Source: Verrucomicrobiota bacterium
GTDB lineage: Bacteria > Verrucomicrobiota > Verrucomicrobiia > Limisphaerales > UBA9464
Direction: 5' to 3'
Length of the DNA stretch: 64,000 bases
Assembly (NCBI GenBank): GCA_016871805.1
Contig: VHCG01000012.1
Coordinates: 5,946 to 69,945 of the forward strand
A program made the translations under genes and the position numbers. The notes under the pieces were generated by a model, which worked only from the letters and a program-made list of their open reading frames with translations, was not told the origin of the DNA and searched no databases. Numbering within the stretch: the first letter of the stretch is position 1; each line of letters starts with the position of its first letter. Positions 50,596-59,414 of the stretch are shown one piece after another.

Positions 50596-51795
50596 ATGAA
50601 ATCGAATATCACCCGTCGTGAGGCCCTTCTCGGCCTCGGTGTCCTGGCCGGTGGTTGGCGTCTCGTAGCCGCCCCGGTGACGCTGCAATCCCTGCCCGCG
50701 GGCGCCTTCCAGGCGAAGGCGGGCCCGACCAACGCCCCCATGACCCTCGACAAAGCCTCCTTCGGAAAACTGCCCGACGGGTCCGAGGCCGATCTCTTCA
50801 CGCTGAAGAACGGCCGTGGCGTCGTCCTCAAATTCACCAACTACGGGCTCATCGTGACCGAGTTGTGGGCCCCTGACCGCAACGGAAAGACGGGCAACGT
50901 GGTGCTGGGGTTCGACACCCTCGCCCGCTATCTCCAAGGCCATCCGTTCTTTGGAGCCATCGCAGGTCGTGTCGCCAACCGCATCGCCAAGGGATCCTTC
51001 ACCCTGGAGGGCAAGACCTACACTCTCGCGGTGAACAATGGTCCGAACCATCTCCATGGTGGGGTGTCGGGTTTTGACAAGAAGCTGTGGACTGTGGAGG
51101 GCTATGAGCTGACACCAGATCGCGCAGCAGTCCATTTCCGCCGGGTCAGTCCCGACGGGGAGGAAGGGTATCCGGGCAATCTCGACTGTCGCGTTACCTA
51201 TGCGCTGAACCAGAAGAACGAGTTCGTCATCGAGTACGACGCGGCGACCGACCGGGCGACGCCGATCAACCTGACCAACCACAGCTATTTCAACCTGGCT
51301 GGCAAGGGGACGATCGACGCCCAGGTGCTGCAGGTTTTTGGTGCGCGATACACGGCGACCGATGAGGGGCTCATTCCGACCGGGGAGCTGAGGGCGGTTG
51401 CGGGGACACCGATGGACTTCACCAAGCCCCAGCCGATCGGCGCACGGATCAATAAGACCGGGCTTGATCCAGCCGGCTACGATCACAATTTCGTTCTCGA
51501 TTCTCGGGGTAGACGCAAGGCGCTCGCGGCTCGGGTGACCGATCCCGCCAGCGGACGTGTTCTTGAGGTCGAGACCGACCAGCCCGGAGTGCAACTCTAC
51601 ACGTCGAACCATTTCCCGAAGGAGGGCATTACCTGCACCGGTGGCGTGACCTTCCCGGCTCACGGGGCGTTCTGCCTCGAGACCCAGAACTTCCCGGATG
51701 CGGTCAACAAGCCGTCGTTCCCGAAGTCGGTGTGGCGTCCGGGTGAGGCCTACAAGACGACGACGATCTACCGGTTCGCCACCCAGGGCGCCTGA
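50596..51795 (+). CDS. galM: aldose 1-epimerase (mutarotase), exported
   Basis: Tat-like signal TRREALLGLGVLAGG, NNGPNHLHGG, NLTNHSYFNL and FCLETQNFPD. Confidence 0.9.
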   Translation: MKSNITRREALLGLGVLAGGWRLVAAPVTLQSLPAGAFQAKAGPTNAPMTLDKASFGKLPDGSEADLFTLKNGRGVVLKFTNYGLIVTELWAPDRNGKTGNVVLGFDTLARYLQGHPFFGAIAGRVANRIAKGSFTLEGKTYTLAVNNGPNHLHGGVSGFDKKLWTVEGYELTPDRAAVHFRRVSPDGEEGYPGNLDCRVTYALNQKNEFVIEYDAATDRATPINLTNHSYFNLAGKGTIDAQVLQVFGARYTATDEGLIPTGELRAVAGTPMDFTKPQPIGARINKTGLDPAGYDHNFVLDSRGRRKALAARVTDPASGRVLEVETDQPGVQLYTSNHFPKEGITCTGGVTFPAHGAFCLETQNFPDAVNKPSFPKSVWRPGEAYKTTTIYRFATQGA

Positions 51796-51924
51796 ACCGA
51801 GGGACAGTTCATGGTGACTTGCGTCCCCGGGCACTGGGCCGTTCGGCTCCTTCCTCGGGATGGCTCACGGGTTGGATTTCCGAACCGACGAGAGTCCGGG
51901 TTCTGCAATCTGCTCTGATTCCTG

Positions 51925-52689
51925 ATGGACCCTATCCCGCAGCCTGCGCCATGCCTTCGCCGGCCGAAGGTGTCGGTGGTGATACCGGCATTCAACGAGG
52001 AGCGGTTGCTCCCGGCAACGCTCGGGGCCATCCGGGAGGCGAGCCGGGGATTTGGGGACCGAGGGTGGACTCACGAGTGGATCGTCTGTGACAACAATTC
52101 GACGGACCGGACTGCGGAGATTGCAGCCGCTGCCGGGGCTCGGGTGGTCTTCGAGCCAGTGAACCAGATTGGTCGTGCCCGGAACGCCGGGGCCCGGGCG
52201 GCCACGGGCGAATGGATCCTGTTCATCGACGCGGACTCGAGGCCGACACGGGAGCTTTTCGCCGACGCGGTCGCGACGGCGTCCCGTCCTGGTGTTATCG
52301 CGATCGGAAGCACAATTCGACTGGACGGCGGTGGCCTCTCCGCTGCTGTTGCTGCCGAAGGATGGAATCTCGTGAGCCGTCTTGCCCGCCTTCTCGCCGG
52401 CTCCTTCATCATGGTCGAACGGCAGGCGTTCGAAACGGTTGGCGGATTCAGTCTCGAGTTCTACGCAGGTGAGGAGCTCGACTTGGTCAGACGCCTGAAG
52501 GCCCAAGGGAAACAGGATCATCGGCGGATCGTCATCCTGCATCGGAATCCCCTGGAGACATCCGCCCGAAAAGTTCGGCTCTACGGCCCAATGGAGACCT
52601 TCGGTTTCCTCCTGCGGGCCGTCTTTCGCCCGCGGAGCACGCTCCGGAATCGTGACTCGTGTTTCCTCTGGTACGATGCCCGACGATGA
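51925..52689 (+). CDS. family 2 glycosyltransferase
   Basis: VSVVIPAFNEE, CDNNSTDRT and LFIDADS (DxD). Confidence 0.85.
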   Translation: MDPIPQPAPCLRRPKVSVVIPAFNEERLLPATLGAIREASRGFGDRGWTHEWIVCDNNSTDRTAEIAAAAGARVVFEPVNQIGRARNAGARAATGEWILFIDADSRPTRELFADAVATASRPGVIAIGSTIRLDGGGLSAAVAAEGWNLVSRLARLLAGSFIMVERQAFETVGGFSLEFYAGEELDLVRRLKAQGKQDHRRIVILHRNPLETSARKVRLYGPMETFGFLLRAVFRPRSTLRNRDSCFLWYDARR

Positions 52690-52798
52690 ATTGGACCCGA
52701 CGTGTGATGGAATTCGTATCGAAATATTTAGTGCGCTGTGTTGACAGCGCTTAAATGCCTTCTTAACAAAGATTTAAGTAGTTACACGTCAAAGGGTT

Positions 52799-52892
52799 CA
52801 GAGTCGCTAGACTCTGGAGGTGAGCGGGAAAAGGTCGGGCCGCCTTTTCTGGAACAATGGAGAGAGTTCGTCTCATCGAGGCGATTCTCTCC
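52799..52892 (+). promoter_or_regulatory. three consecutive stable hairpins inside an AT-rich 340-nt leader upstream of cysC (candidate cis-regulatory RNA or small RNA)
   Basis: Three hairpins: cagagtc-gcta-gactctg (52799-52816); gaaaagg-tcgggccg-ccttttc (52828-52849); and a 14-bp interrupted stem ggagaga..tcgtctc-atc-gaggcga.tctctcc (52859-52892). No known riboswitch consensus recognised. Confidence 0.4.
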
Positions 52893-53026
52893 AGAACTCT
52901 TTATGCTGACGTGGGGCTCTCAAGAAAGTGTGTGGGGTCACCGGATTGTTTCCGGGGATTTGTCTTGGCCGAGGTCTGTCGTGAATCGGGGTGGTCTTCC
53001 CTGGATGGGGACCTAAGGGAGGCTTC

Positions 53027-53557
53027 ATGAACCCTATCTTCTGGTTGTTTGGTCGTTCGGGTGCCGGCAAGACGACCTTGGCGAACTGTCTTCGGCAGGG
53101 TTTGCGGAATCGGGGTCTTGCTGTGTTCTTCATCGATGGCGATGAGGCCCGGGGCGGGCTGAGTTCAGATCTCGGGTTTGGGTCCGATGCCCGCACGGAA
53201 AACCATCGGCGGGTTGCCGAGGTGGCGCGCTTGGCGTCGAGGCAAGGCATTGTCCCAATCGTGGCCACCATGGCCCCGGAGCATGCGCAGCGAGATGTGG
53301 TGAGCCGTACCCTCGGAGAGCGCATCGTCTGGATCTTCGTGGACGCACCACTCGATGAGTGTCTGCGAAGGGATCCGAAGGGACTTTACCAGAGGGCCAA
53401 GGAGGGGCAGGTGAGGGGCTTTCTCGAATACCCGTTTGACGCCCCACGGCAGGACGAACGGGGTCTGACAATCCGCACGTGCGGTGTCGGGATTGAGGAG
53501 AGCTACCGTGAGTTGTTGCAGGAAGTCCTGGCCCGTTTGGCGGACTACAATCTCTAG
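53027..53557 (+). CDS. cysC: adenylyl-sulfate (APS) kinase
   Basis: FWLFGRSGAGKTTLA P-loop, FIDGDEARGGLSSDLGF, RTENHRRVAEVA and PKGLYQRAKEG. A good SD (aagggaggc) lies 6 nt upstream of the ATG. Confidence 0.9.
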   Translation: MNPIFWLFGRSGAGKTTLANCLRQGLRNRGLAVFFIDGDEARGGLSSDLGFGSDARTENHRRVAEVARLASRQGIVPIVATMAPEHAQRDVVSRTLGERIVWIFVDAPLDECLRRDPKGLYQRAKEGQVRGFLEYPFDAPRQDERGLTIRTCGVGIEESYRELLQEVLARLADYNL

Positions 53558-54833
53558 CCGGTTGCCTTGGAGAGGGCTGGAAGCCAACGCGGATGGTCGA
53601 TGCCGGTTCCGTCTGGATCCGCGACGATCTCTTGGGCGGCGCTGCCTTGGGAGGCTTGGATCCACAACGATGGCAGGCTCCCGGTGGCCGCTCGACAGAA
53701 GGTGATCCAGTGGCCGTCCTCCGACTCGCTGCAGCGGAAGTCCCAAACTCCCTCCGCGGGTTTTGTGACAGGCTCGGAGTCCCCGGTCCACGGGTCGATT
53801 CGAGCGATCGAGGTGCCTCCCTGGGCCGCGTCGGGTTGGAAACTACGGTTGAAATGATCCGTGTCCGGCCGGTTGGGTTGGAACGGCCACGGCACCTTCG
53901 ATCCGGGAATGCGTCGAGGGATCAGAAGTCGACTGTCGCGGGTCCAGGCGACCACGTTCGACCCGCCACCATGATGGCGGGCATTGCCGTAGGTGGCGGC
54001 GAACCACATCGCCTGCCCGGTGGTGAGGGCCCGGCTTTCCCGGCCGTCGGGACGCCCCACCCAGACGTCACACCAGTCGTGTCCCGGGTCCTTTTCCGGA
54101 AGGCAATCCGCGTAGGCCAGCCACTCGCCATCGGGGGACCACTGCGGACCAAAGAACAGATGCCCCGCATCGCCGGCCACCCGGATCCGATGCCCACCCC
54201 AAGGATCGCTGGTCCAGATCTCGTAGCCTCTGGGGCTGGCAAGGTGGAACGCGATGCGGCCCCCATCCGGGCTCGCCGAGAAGCCGTAGGGCAATCCCTC
54301 TCCCTCCCGCGTGAAAGGACGGGCATCCGACCCGTCGAGGTCCATGTTGTAGATCTGTCCGACCTTCCCCCGCACGACCTGAACGAGAAGCCGTCCATCT
54401 CGGAGCAGAAGCTGGGGGGTGTAGAAGACGGCGAGTCGATCCCGATGGGCAACCTCGACGAGATCCCCTGAATCCAGGTCAAAGGTCCACAGGTGGGTGG
54501 GGGTCTGGGTGTAGAATTCCTCGATGGTCGTCCGGGCCCGTCCCGACGCGGTTCCATGCTCAGAAGCAGGATCCGTCTGCCGTCAGGAAAGAATGCCGAG
54601 GGCTGCCAGGTAGCTTGATTTGGGACGTCGAAGGTGAGCGGACGTCGCCCCGTGCCGTCCGCACGGATCAGTTCGGTCCGTCCGCGCGTCACAAAGGCGA
54701 GTCGGGGTGGTTGTCGATCCGCCCAAGGGGTGTGTGCACAAGAGAAACCCAGGAAAATCGGGCCGGCGGCGAGGGCCCGGCTGAGGAAGTCACGACGGGA
54801 CAGTGGATCCTGGCCGGGGTGCAGGGAGGTCAT
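53554..54833 (-). pseudogene. Tat-signal TolB/PD40-like periplasmic beta-propeller, one frameshift
   Basis: N-terminal part: MTSLHPGQDPLSRRDFLSRALAAGPIFLG...FFPDGRRILLLSMEPRRDGPG. The sequence continues only in another frame (TTIEEFYTQTPTHLWTFDLDSGDLVEVAHRDRLAVFYTPQLLLRDGRLLVQVVRGKVGQIYNMDLDGSD...SPDGEWLAY...). The junction is near 54525-54545. Confidence 0.7.
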
Positions 54834-54903
54834 GACGGGAGCCTGCAGGGATCCCACGAGGCGGTCCATTTCAGCCTGCGGGCTTTCCGTGAGTCCAATC
54901 GGC

Positions 54904-56369
54904 CTATGGTGATTTGCCGTCGTGGGACAGCTTGTCCCCGGAGAGGTCGGACGCGGTCGCAGCACGGTAGTCGGCCAGCGCCCTGAAGACATCGACTGAC
55001 GCGTCGACATCCAGGATTCGGGCATCGAATGCAGCCTGTTCCCGGATCTGAAGCGCCAGCAGGTCACTGATGCCGAGCTCGAACCGGGACGCTTCCGCAG
55101 AGAGCAATTCCTGAGCGAGCGTGACGTTCAGGTGAGTCTGACGGGTCTGGTCAAAGGCGGCCCGGTAGGCCGAGAAGGCGTCCCAGATCTCGTTGCGGAT
55201 GCGATCTTGGGCGAAGCGCTGATCGTTTGTGAGCTGGCCCAACTGTCCGGCGAGCTCATCGAGGCGTCCACGGGCCTCGCGACGCTGAAGGGGGATCTTA
55301 AACTCGAGCCCGGCCTTCACCTGGGGATCGACGAGGTCGAAATAGATCTGTTTCCCAAAGTCATTCATCACCATCGCCCCGGCGTTGAGGCTGGGAAGCA
55401 TTTGGTTCCGGGCAAGCCGGACGTCGACCTCAAGCTTCTGCCGGTTGATCTGCAGACGCCGCAGTTCGGGGCGCAGGTCCATGGCCCGATGGGAAGCGAT
55501 GCCGACGGTGGCCTCGTCCAGCTCGGTGGGCGCTGGAAAGGCGGGAGGAACGCTGTCGATCGGGGCCACGATGGGAGCCCCATTGCCGTCCCGATAGGAC
55601 AGCGACAGAGTCAATGATGCGGCCTCGAAGCGTCGACGGGCCTGGACATGGCTCAGTTCGCGGGAGACCACGAGCCGCTGGTTGTCGGTGAGAACGATCC
55701 TGGGCAGCAGCCCGGCCTCGAACTGGTTGGTGAGTGCGACGTTCCGGTGGAGGGCGAGCCGAAGCAGGTTGGAGGAGATAGTCAGCTTTTGGCTGTTGGC
55801 CGCCCAGTTGAAGTAGGCCATGGAGCCGGCCCGGGCGAAGTCGAGGCGCTGACGGTCGATCACCGGCTGGGCCAGCTTCTGGTCCAGGCGCGTCTTGAAA
55901 AGCGCGGCGCGGCGTTTGTCAATGGACCCGTCCTTCAGAATTGGAAAGTCGAGGCCGAACCGGACCTCGCCATCTCCCTCGGTTCGGTTGTTGTAGTAGG
56001 TGGGCAGCGTGTCGCCGCCCGTGTACCGGTAGCCGCCGAAGATCGTGCTGCCCCAGATGCCGGTAAACTGCTCGAAGCCGATATCGGCCGTCCCGTATTG
56101 GTAGTAGCCCGCCGGGGGCCGAAGACCTTGGAAAAGGCGTTGAAGTCGAAGATTCCCTAGACACTGCGGAGTCGTCCGTTGGCGACATCCTGTTCGATCT
56201 GGGCGGCGAGGAGCGGCGGGTACTGGGATAGGATCGAGGCGACGACATCCTCGAGGCGGAGCGGTGTCGGGACGGGAAAGGGGGAGCTGGGAAAGGTCTG
56301 GCCGCGGGCCGGACCCGAGAACCACCCGGTCGAGATCAGGGTCGCGACGAGGAGGATTCGGAGGATCAT
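54904..56369 (-). pseudogene. TolC-family outer membrane efflux protein, in-frame TAG plus one frameshift
   Basis: Signal peptide MILRILLVATLISTGWFSGPARGQ...VANGRLRSV, then TAG (56157-56159), then GIFDFNAFSKVFGP. A frame change follows at a C5 run (plus-strand G5 56114-56118) into PAGYYQYGTADIGFEQ..., a roughly 400-aa OEP-type repeat structure. Confidence 0.8.
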
Positions 56370-57695
56370 TTAAGGCCTCCGATCTGGTCCTTGGTCAGCG
56401 CGGGTGGGAAGCCGTTCAACTGCCGCCAGATCTCGAACCAGAGCGGGACCTCCTGGAGCAGGACCCAGCTGTTGGCCCGGATCCCCTGGCGCAGCCATTG
56501 GCTCTCGGGCCAGTCCCGGATCTCCATCGCCTTGCCAGCCCGGGTCACGACGTCGGGCTTGGGTCCGACCAGGATCCGGAACTTTCCCTGACCGTTGTCG
56601 GTTGGATCCACGAGCATCACCTCTCCGCCGAAGGTGCCCACCGCGAGGCTGGGCCAGCCGATCAGCTGGAATGCGGGCCAGCCCCCGAATTGGAGTCGGA
56701 CCGGGCTGCCGTAGGAGATCACATTGCCCCGTTCATCCGAAACCCGGGCCTAGATCAGTGGCATGTCGTTGCCGCTCACGTAGAGCTCGATCCGGGGCTC
56801 GGAGGTCTGGGGAATCAGGGTGCAGAGCGGCGATCCGGCCCTGAGGAATGGACACTCGGTAGCCTGGAGGCGCATGATGCAGCCGTCGCGCGGGGCGAGC
56901 ACCTTTTATTTCTGGGTCTGGCTGACCTGGATCTCTAGGGAGATGGAGGCTTGGTCGGCCGAGGCGAAGTCCGCCTTGGCGCTGTCCCGCGAGGCCATGG
57001 CGGAGTTCATGGCTGGCCCGGAGGTCGATCTCGGTGCGGCGCAGCTCGATCTCGGAGCGGGCGAGGTCCGCGGCGGTGCGGTCCCGGTCCAACTGGGCCA
57101 GCTCGAAGTCCCGCTGGGAGGCGAGTCCACGCTGATCCTTGACGAGCGATTCGATCCGATGGAACTGCTGCGAGGCCGTCGCAGCGCTCACGCGGGCGAC
57201 GTCGAGGCGTGCACGGGCGGCCTCGATCCCCAGCGGCATCGCCCGTTCAAGCTCGGAGACCTGCCCGTTCAGGGCTTCGAGCCGTTCCTTTGCGGCATCC
57301 CGGCGCTGACGGGCCAGCTGGAGCTGCTGCTGTAGGTTGGCCAGCAGGTTCGGATCGTTGTCCGTCAGATCGAACAATAGGTCCCCCTGCCGTACGTACT
57401 GCCCCTCCATCACGTGGGATTTCTGAACCCTTCCGGCAAGGGGGGCCTCGATGGTTGTGGTTCGCTCCAACGGATTGTAGGCGATCACGCAACCTCCGCC
57501 CTGGACGAACTGCCGCCAGGGAAGAAAGGCGACCGCGACGATGCAGAGGATGAACAGGAAAGTGAGCGCCTTGCTCAGGAACCGGACGCGTCGGAGGGAA
57601 CTCGGGAGATCTAGCGCATGGAAACCCGCCCTGTCCGACAGAAACGGCATCGGATCGTCCACGCGGTGATGGGGGTCAAGCGCGGGGTCGCTCAT
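56366..57695 (-). pseudogene. HlyD-family periplasmic adaptor, one frameshift plus in-frame TAA and TAG
   Basis: N-terminal anchor and coiled coil up to ...RSEIELRRTEIDLRA, then a frame change near 57000-57040 into AMNSAMASRDSAKADFASADQASISLEIQVSQTQK. TAA (56906-56908) follows, then KVLAPRDGCIMRLQATE...[12 protein letters not shown]. TAG (56750-56752) follows, then [28 protein letters not shown]...WRQLNGFPP. Confidence 0.8.
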
Positions 57696-59414
57696 GCGGT
57701 GGGGAGCTTGGGGGAAGGGGCCGGGATCCCGTGGACATCCCCCAGCCGAAGGACCTGGTCACAGCGCTGGATCAGGTCGGGATCCCAGGTCACCAGGATC
57801 AGGGTCCAGGGGTTGTTGGTCGCGAAGAGGAATGGAGCCAACTGCTCTACCGATGTGTTGTCGAGACCCTCGAGGCATTCGTCGAGCACCAGCAGGCGGG
57901 GGCGACCGACCATGGCCCGCGCCAGGACGAGACGGACCCGCTGGGTGCTCGTGAGCGGCCTTCCGCCCGCCACGAGGGGGGGTGTCGACGCCGGCGGGCC
58001 ATTGCAGGATCGCAGGCAGAAGACCCACCGCTTCCAGTGCGTCCCGAACCTCGGGCGGTCCGATGGCCGTCCGCCCCAGAGAGACGTTCTCCAGGATCGT
58101 CCCGCTGATGATCTCTGTGCCACGGACCAGCGCGACATCCTCCCGCAGGGCCTTCAGCGGCCAGTGTCGGAGATCCACCCCGTCCACCAGCAGCTCCCCC
58201 TGGTCGATGGGGCGAAGCGCGAACATCAGGTCGAGAAGGGTGCTGGATCCATAGCCGGCGGCGCTGACGATCGCCACCCTGGACCCTGCTGGGAACCGGA
58301 AGGAGAGGTTCGTGGAACAGCGGTGGGGCATCCGGGTAGCCGAACCCGAGGTGGCGTCCTTCCACCGCTGCAGGGCGTTCCCGCCTCACCTGTGCGGTCT
58401 GACGGGGTGGCTCGACCGGCAGGTCCACCAGTTGGCCCAGCTTGTCCGAGGACGCGAGGGCGTCATACCATGCTGCCAGTTGTTTGCTCGGCTTGGCGAT
58501 CGAGTCGAGGATGGCGGTCAGGATCAGCTGGCTGGCGACCAGCTGGCCGAGGGTCAGTTCCCCACGGAGGACCAGGAACGTTCCAAGGGTCAACATCGCT
58601 CCGCTGGCGACGGCCTGGAGGGTGAGCAGACCGATGATCTGTCGGAGGAGGATGCTGAATTGCGTTCACGCTTGAGGAGATAGTCCTGCGAGAGCGCGTC
58701 GGCCTTCCTGCAGGCGAACTCGGCTGCCCCGGTGCCCTTGAACAGGGTCGGGTAGCGGGCCAGCTGCTCCAGCCAGTCCACGACGGCGTGCTTGGCGTAG
58801 GACTTCTCGATGCTGGTCTTGACGCCGTTGTGCCCCAGAGGGCCCAGGATGGCCACCAGACACGCGATCTGGACCAGGGAGAAGGCCAGGAGATAGGGGT
58901 GGTAGAACGAAAGAACCAACAGGCCGATCACGGTCGACAGTGCCACATTAACACCTTCCAGCAGCAGCGTGGACGTGACCTTCTGCAGGGTGATCACCTC
59001 GAAGAATCGGCTGATCATCTCTGGTCCGAGCAACCGCTCGAAGTCCCCGGTCCTGCAGTGGGGAATCCTGTAGGACAGGTCCGCGGCCACACGCACGAAG
59101 AGCCGACGCTCGATCGTCTTCATGACGTAGGCCTGGGTTCCCCGCATCAGGGCGCTGACCCCAAGGAACATCCCCAGGGCGATGGCAATGATGATGAGGG
59201 CCTGGAGGTACACCTTCTGCTGGCCGCCGAAGGCGATGTTGTTGACCACGGCGTCCACAGCCATCGGCTGTGCGATGAGCAGCACGCCGTTCATCAGGGA
59301 GAACAGAAGCAGGACTTCGATGTCCCGGCGTTCCGGTCTGAGGATGCCAAAGAACCGTTGCCGAGGGGACGGATGGCGATGAGGTGGGGATCCCGGGTGG
59401 CAGTTGAGGTTCAT
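57692..59414 (-). pseudogene. ABC exporter (fused TMD-NBD), three frameshifts and degenerate ATPase motifs
   Basis: The TMD starts MNLNCHPGSPPHRHPSPRQRFFGILRPERRDIEVLLLFSL.... Frame changes occur near 58655-58666, near 58300-58335, and at a G7 run (57976-57982). The repaired NBD reads VAIVSAAGYGSSTLLDL ... GGRPLTSTQRVRLVLARA ... LLVLDE ... ILVTWD. Confidence 0.8.

Noticed and set aside
52738-53016. The listed 92-aa ORF inside the AT-rich cysC upstream region.
   Set aside because: It has low-GC, non-genome-like codon usage, no SD and no recognisable motifs. It is spanned by stable hairpins, so it is more likely non-coding.
54520-54580. Programmed -1 ribosomal frameshifting in the PD40-propeller gene.
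   Set aside because: There is no X-XXY-YYZ slippery heptamer or obvious downstream pseudoknot. The neighbouring genes of the same operon carry nonsense codons, so plain decay is more parsimonious.
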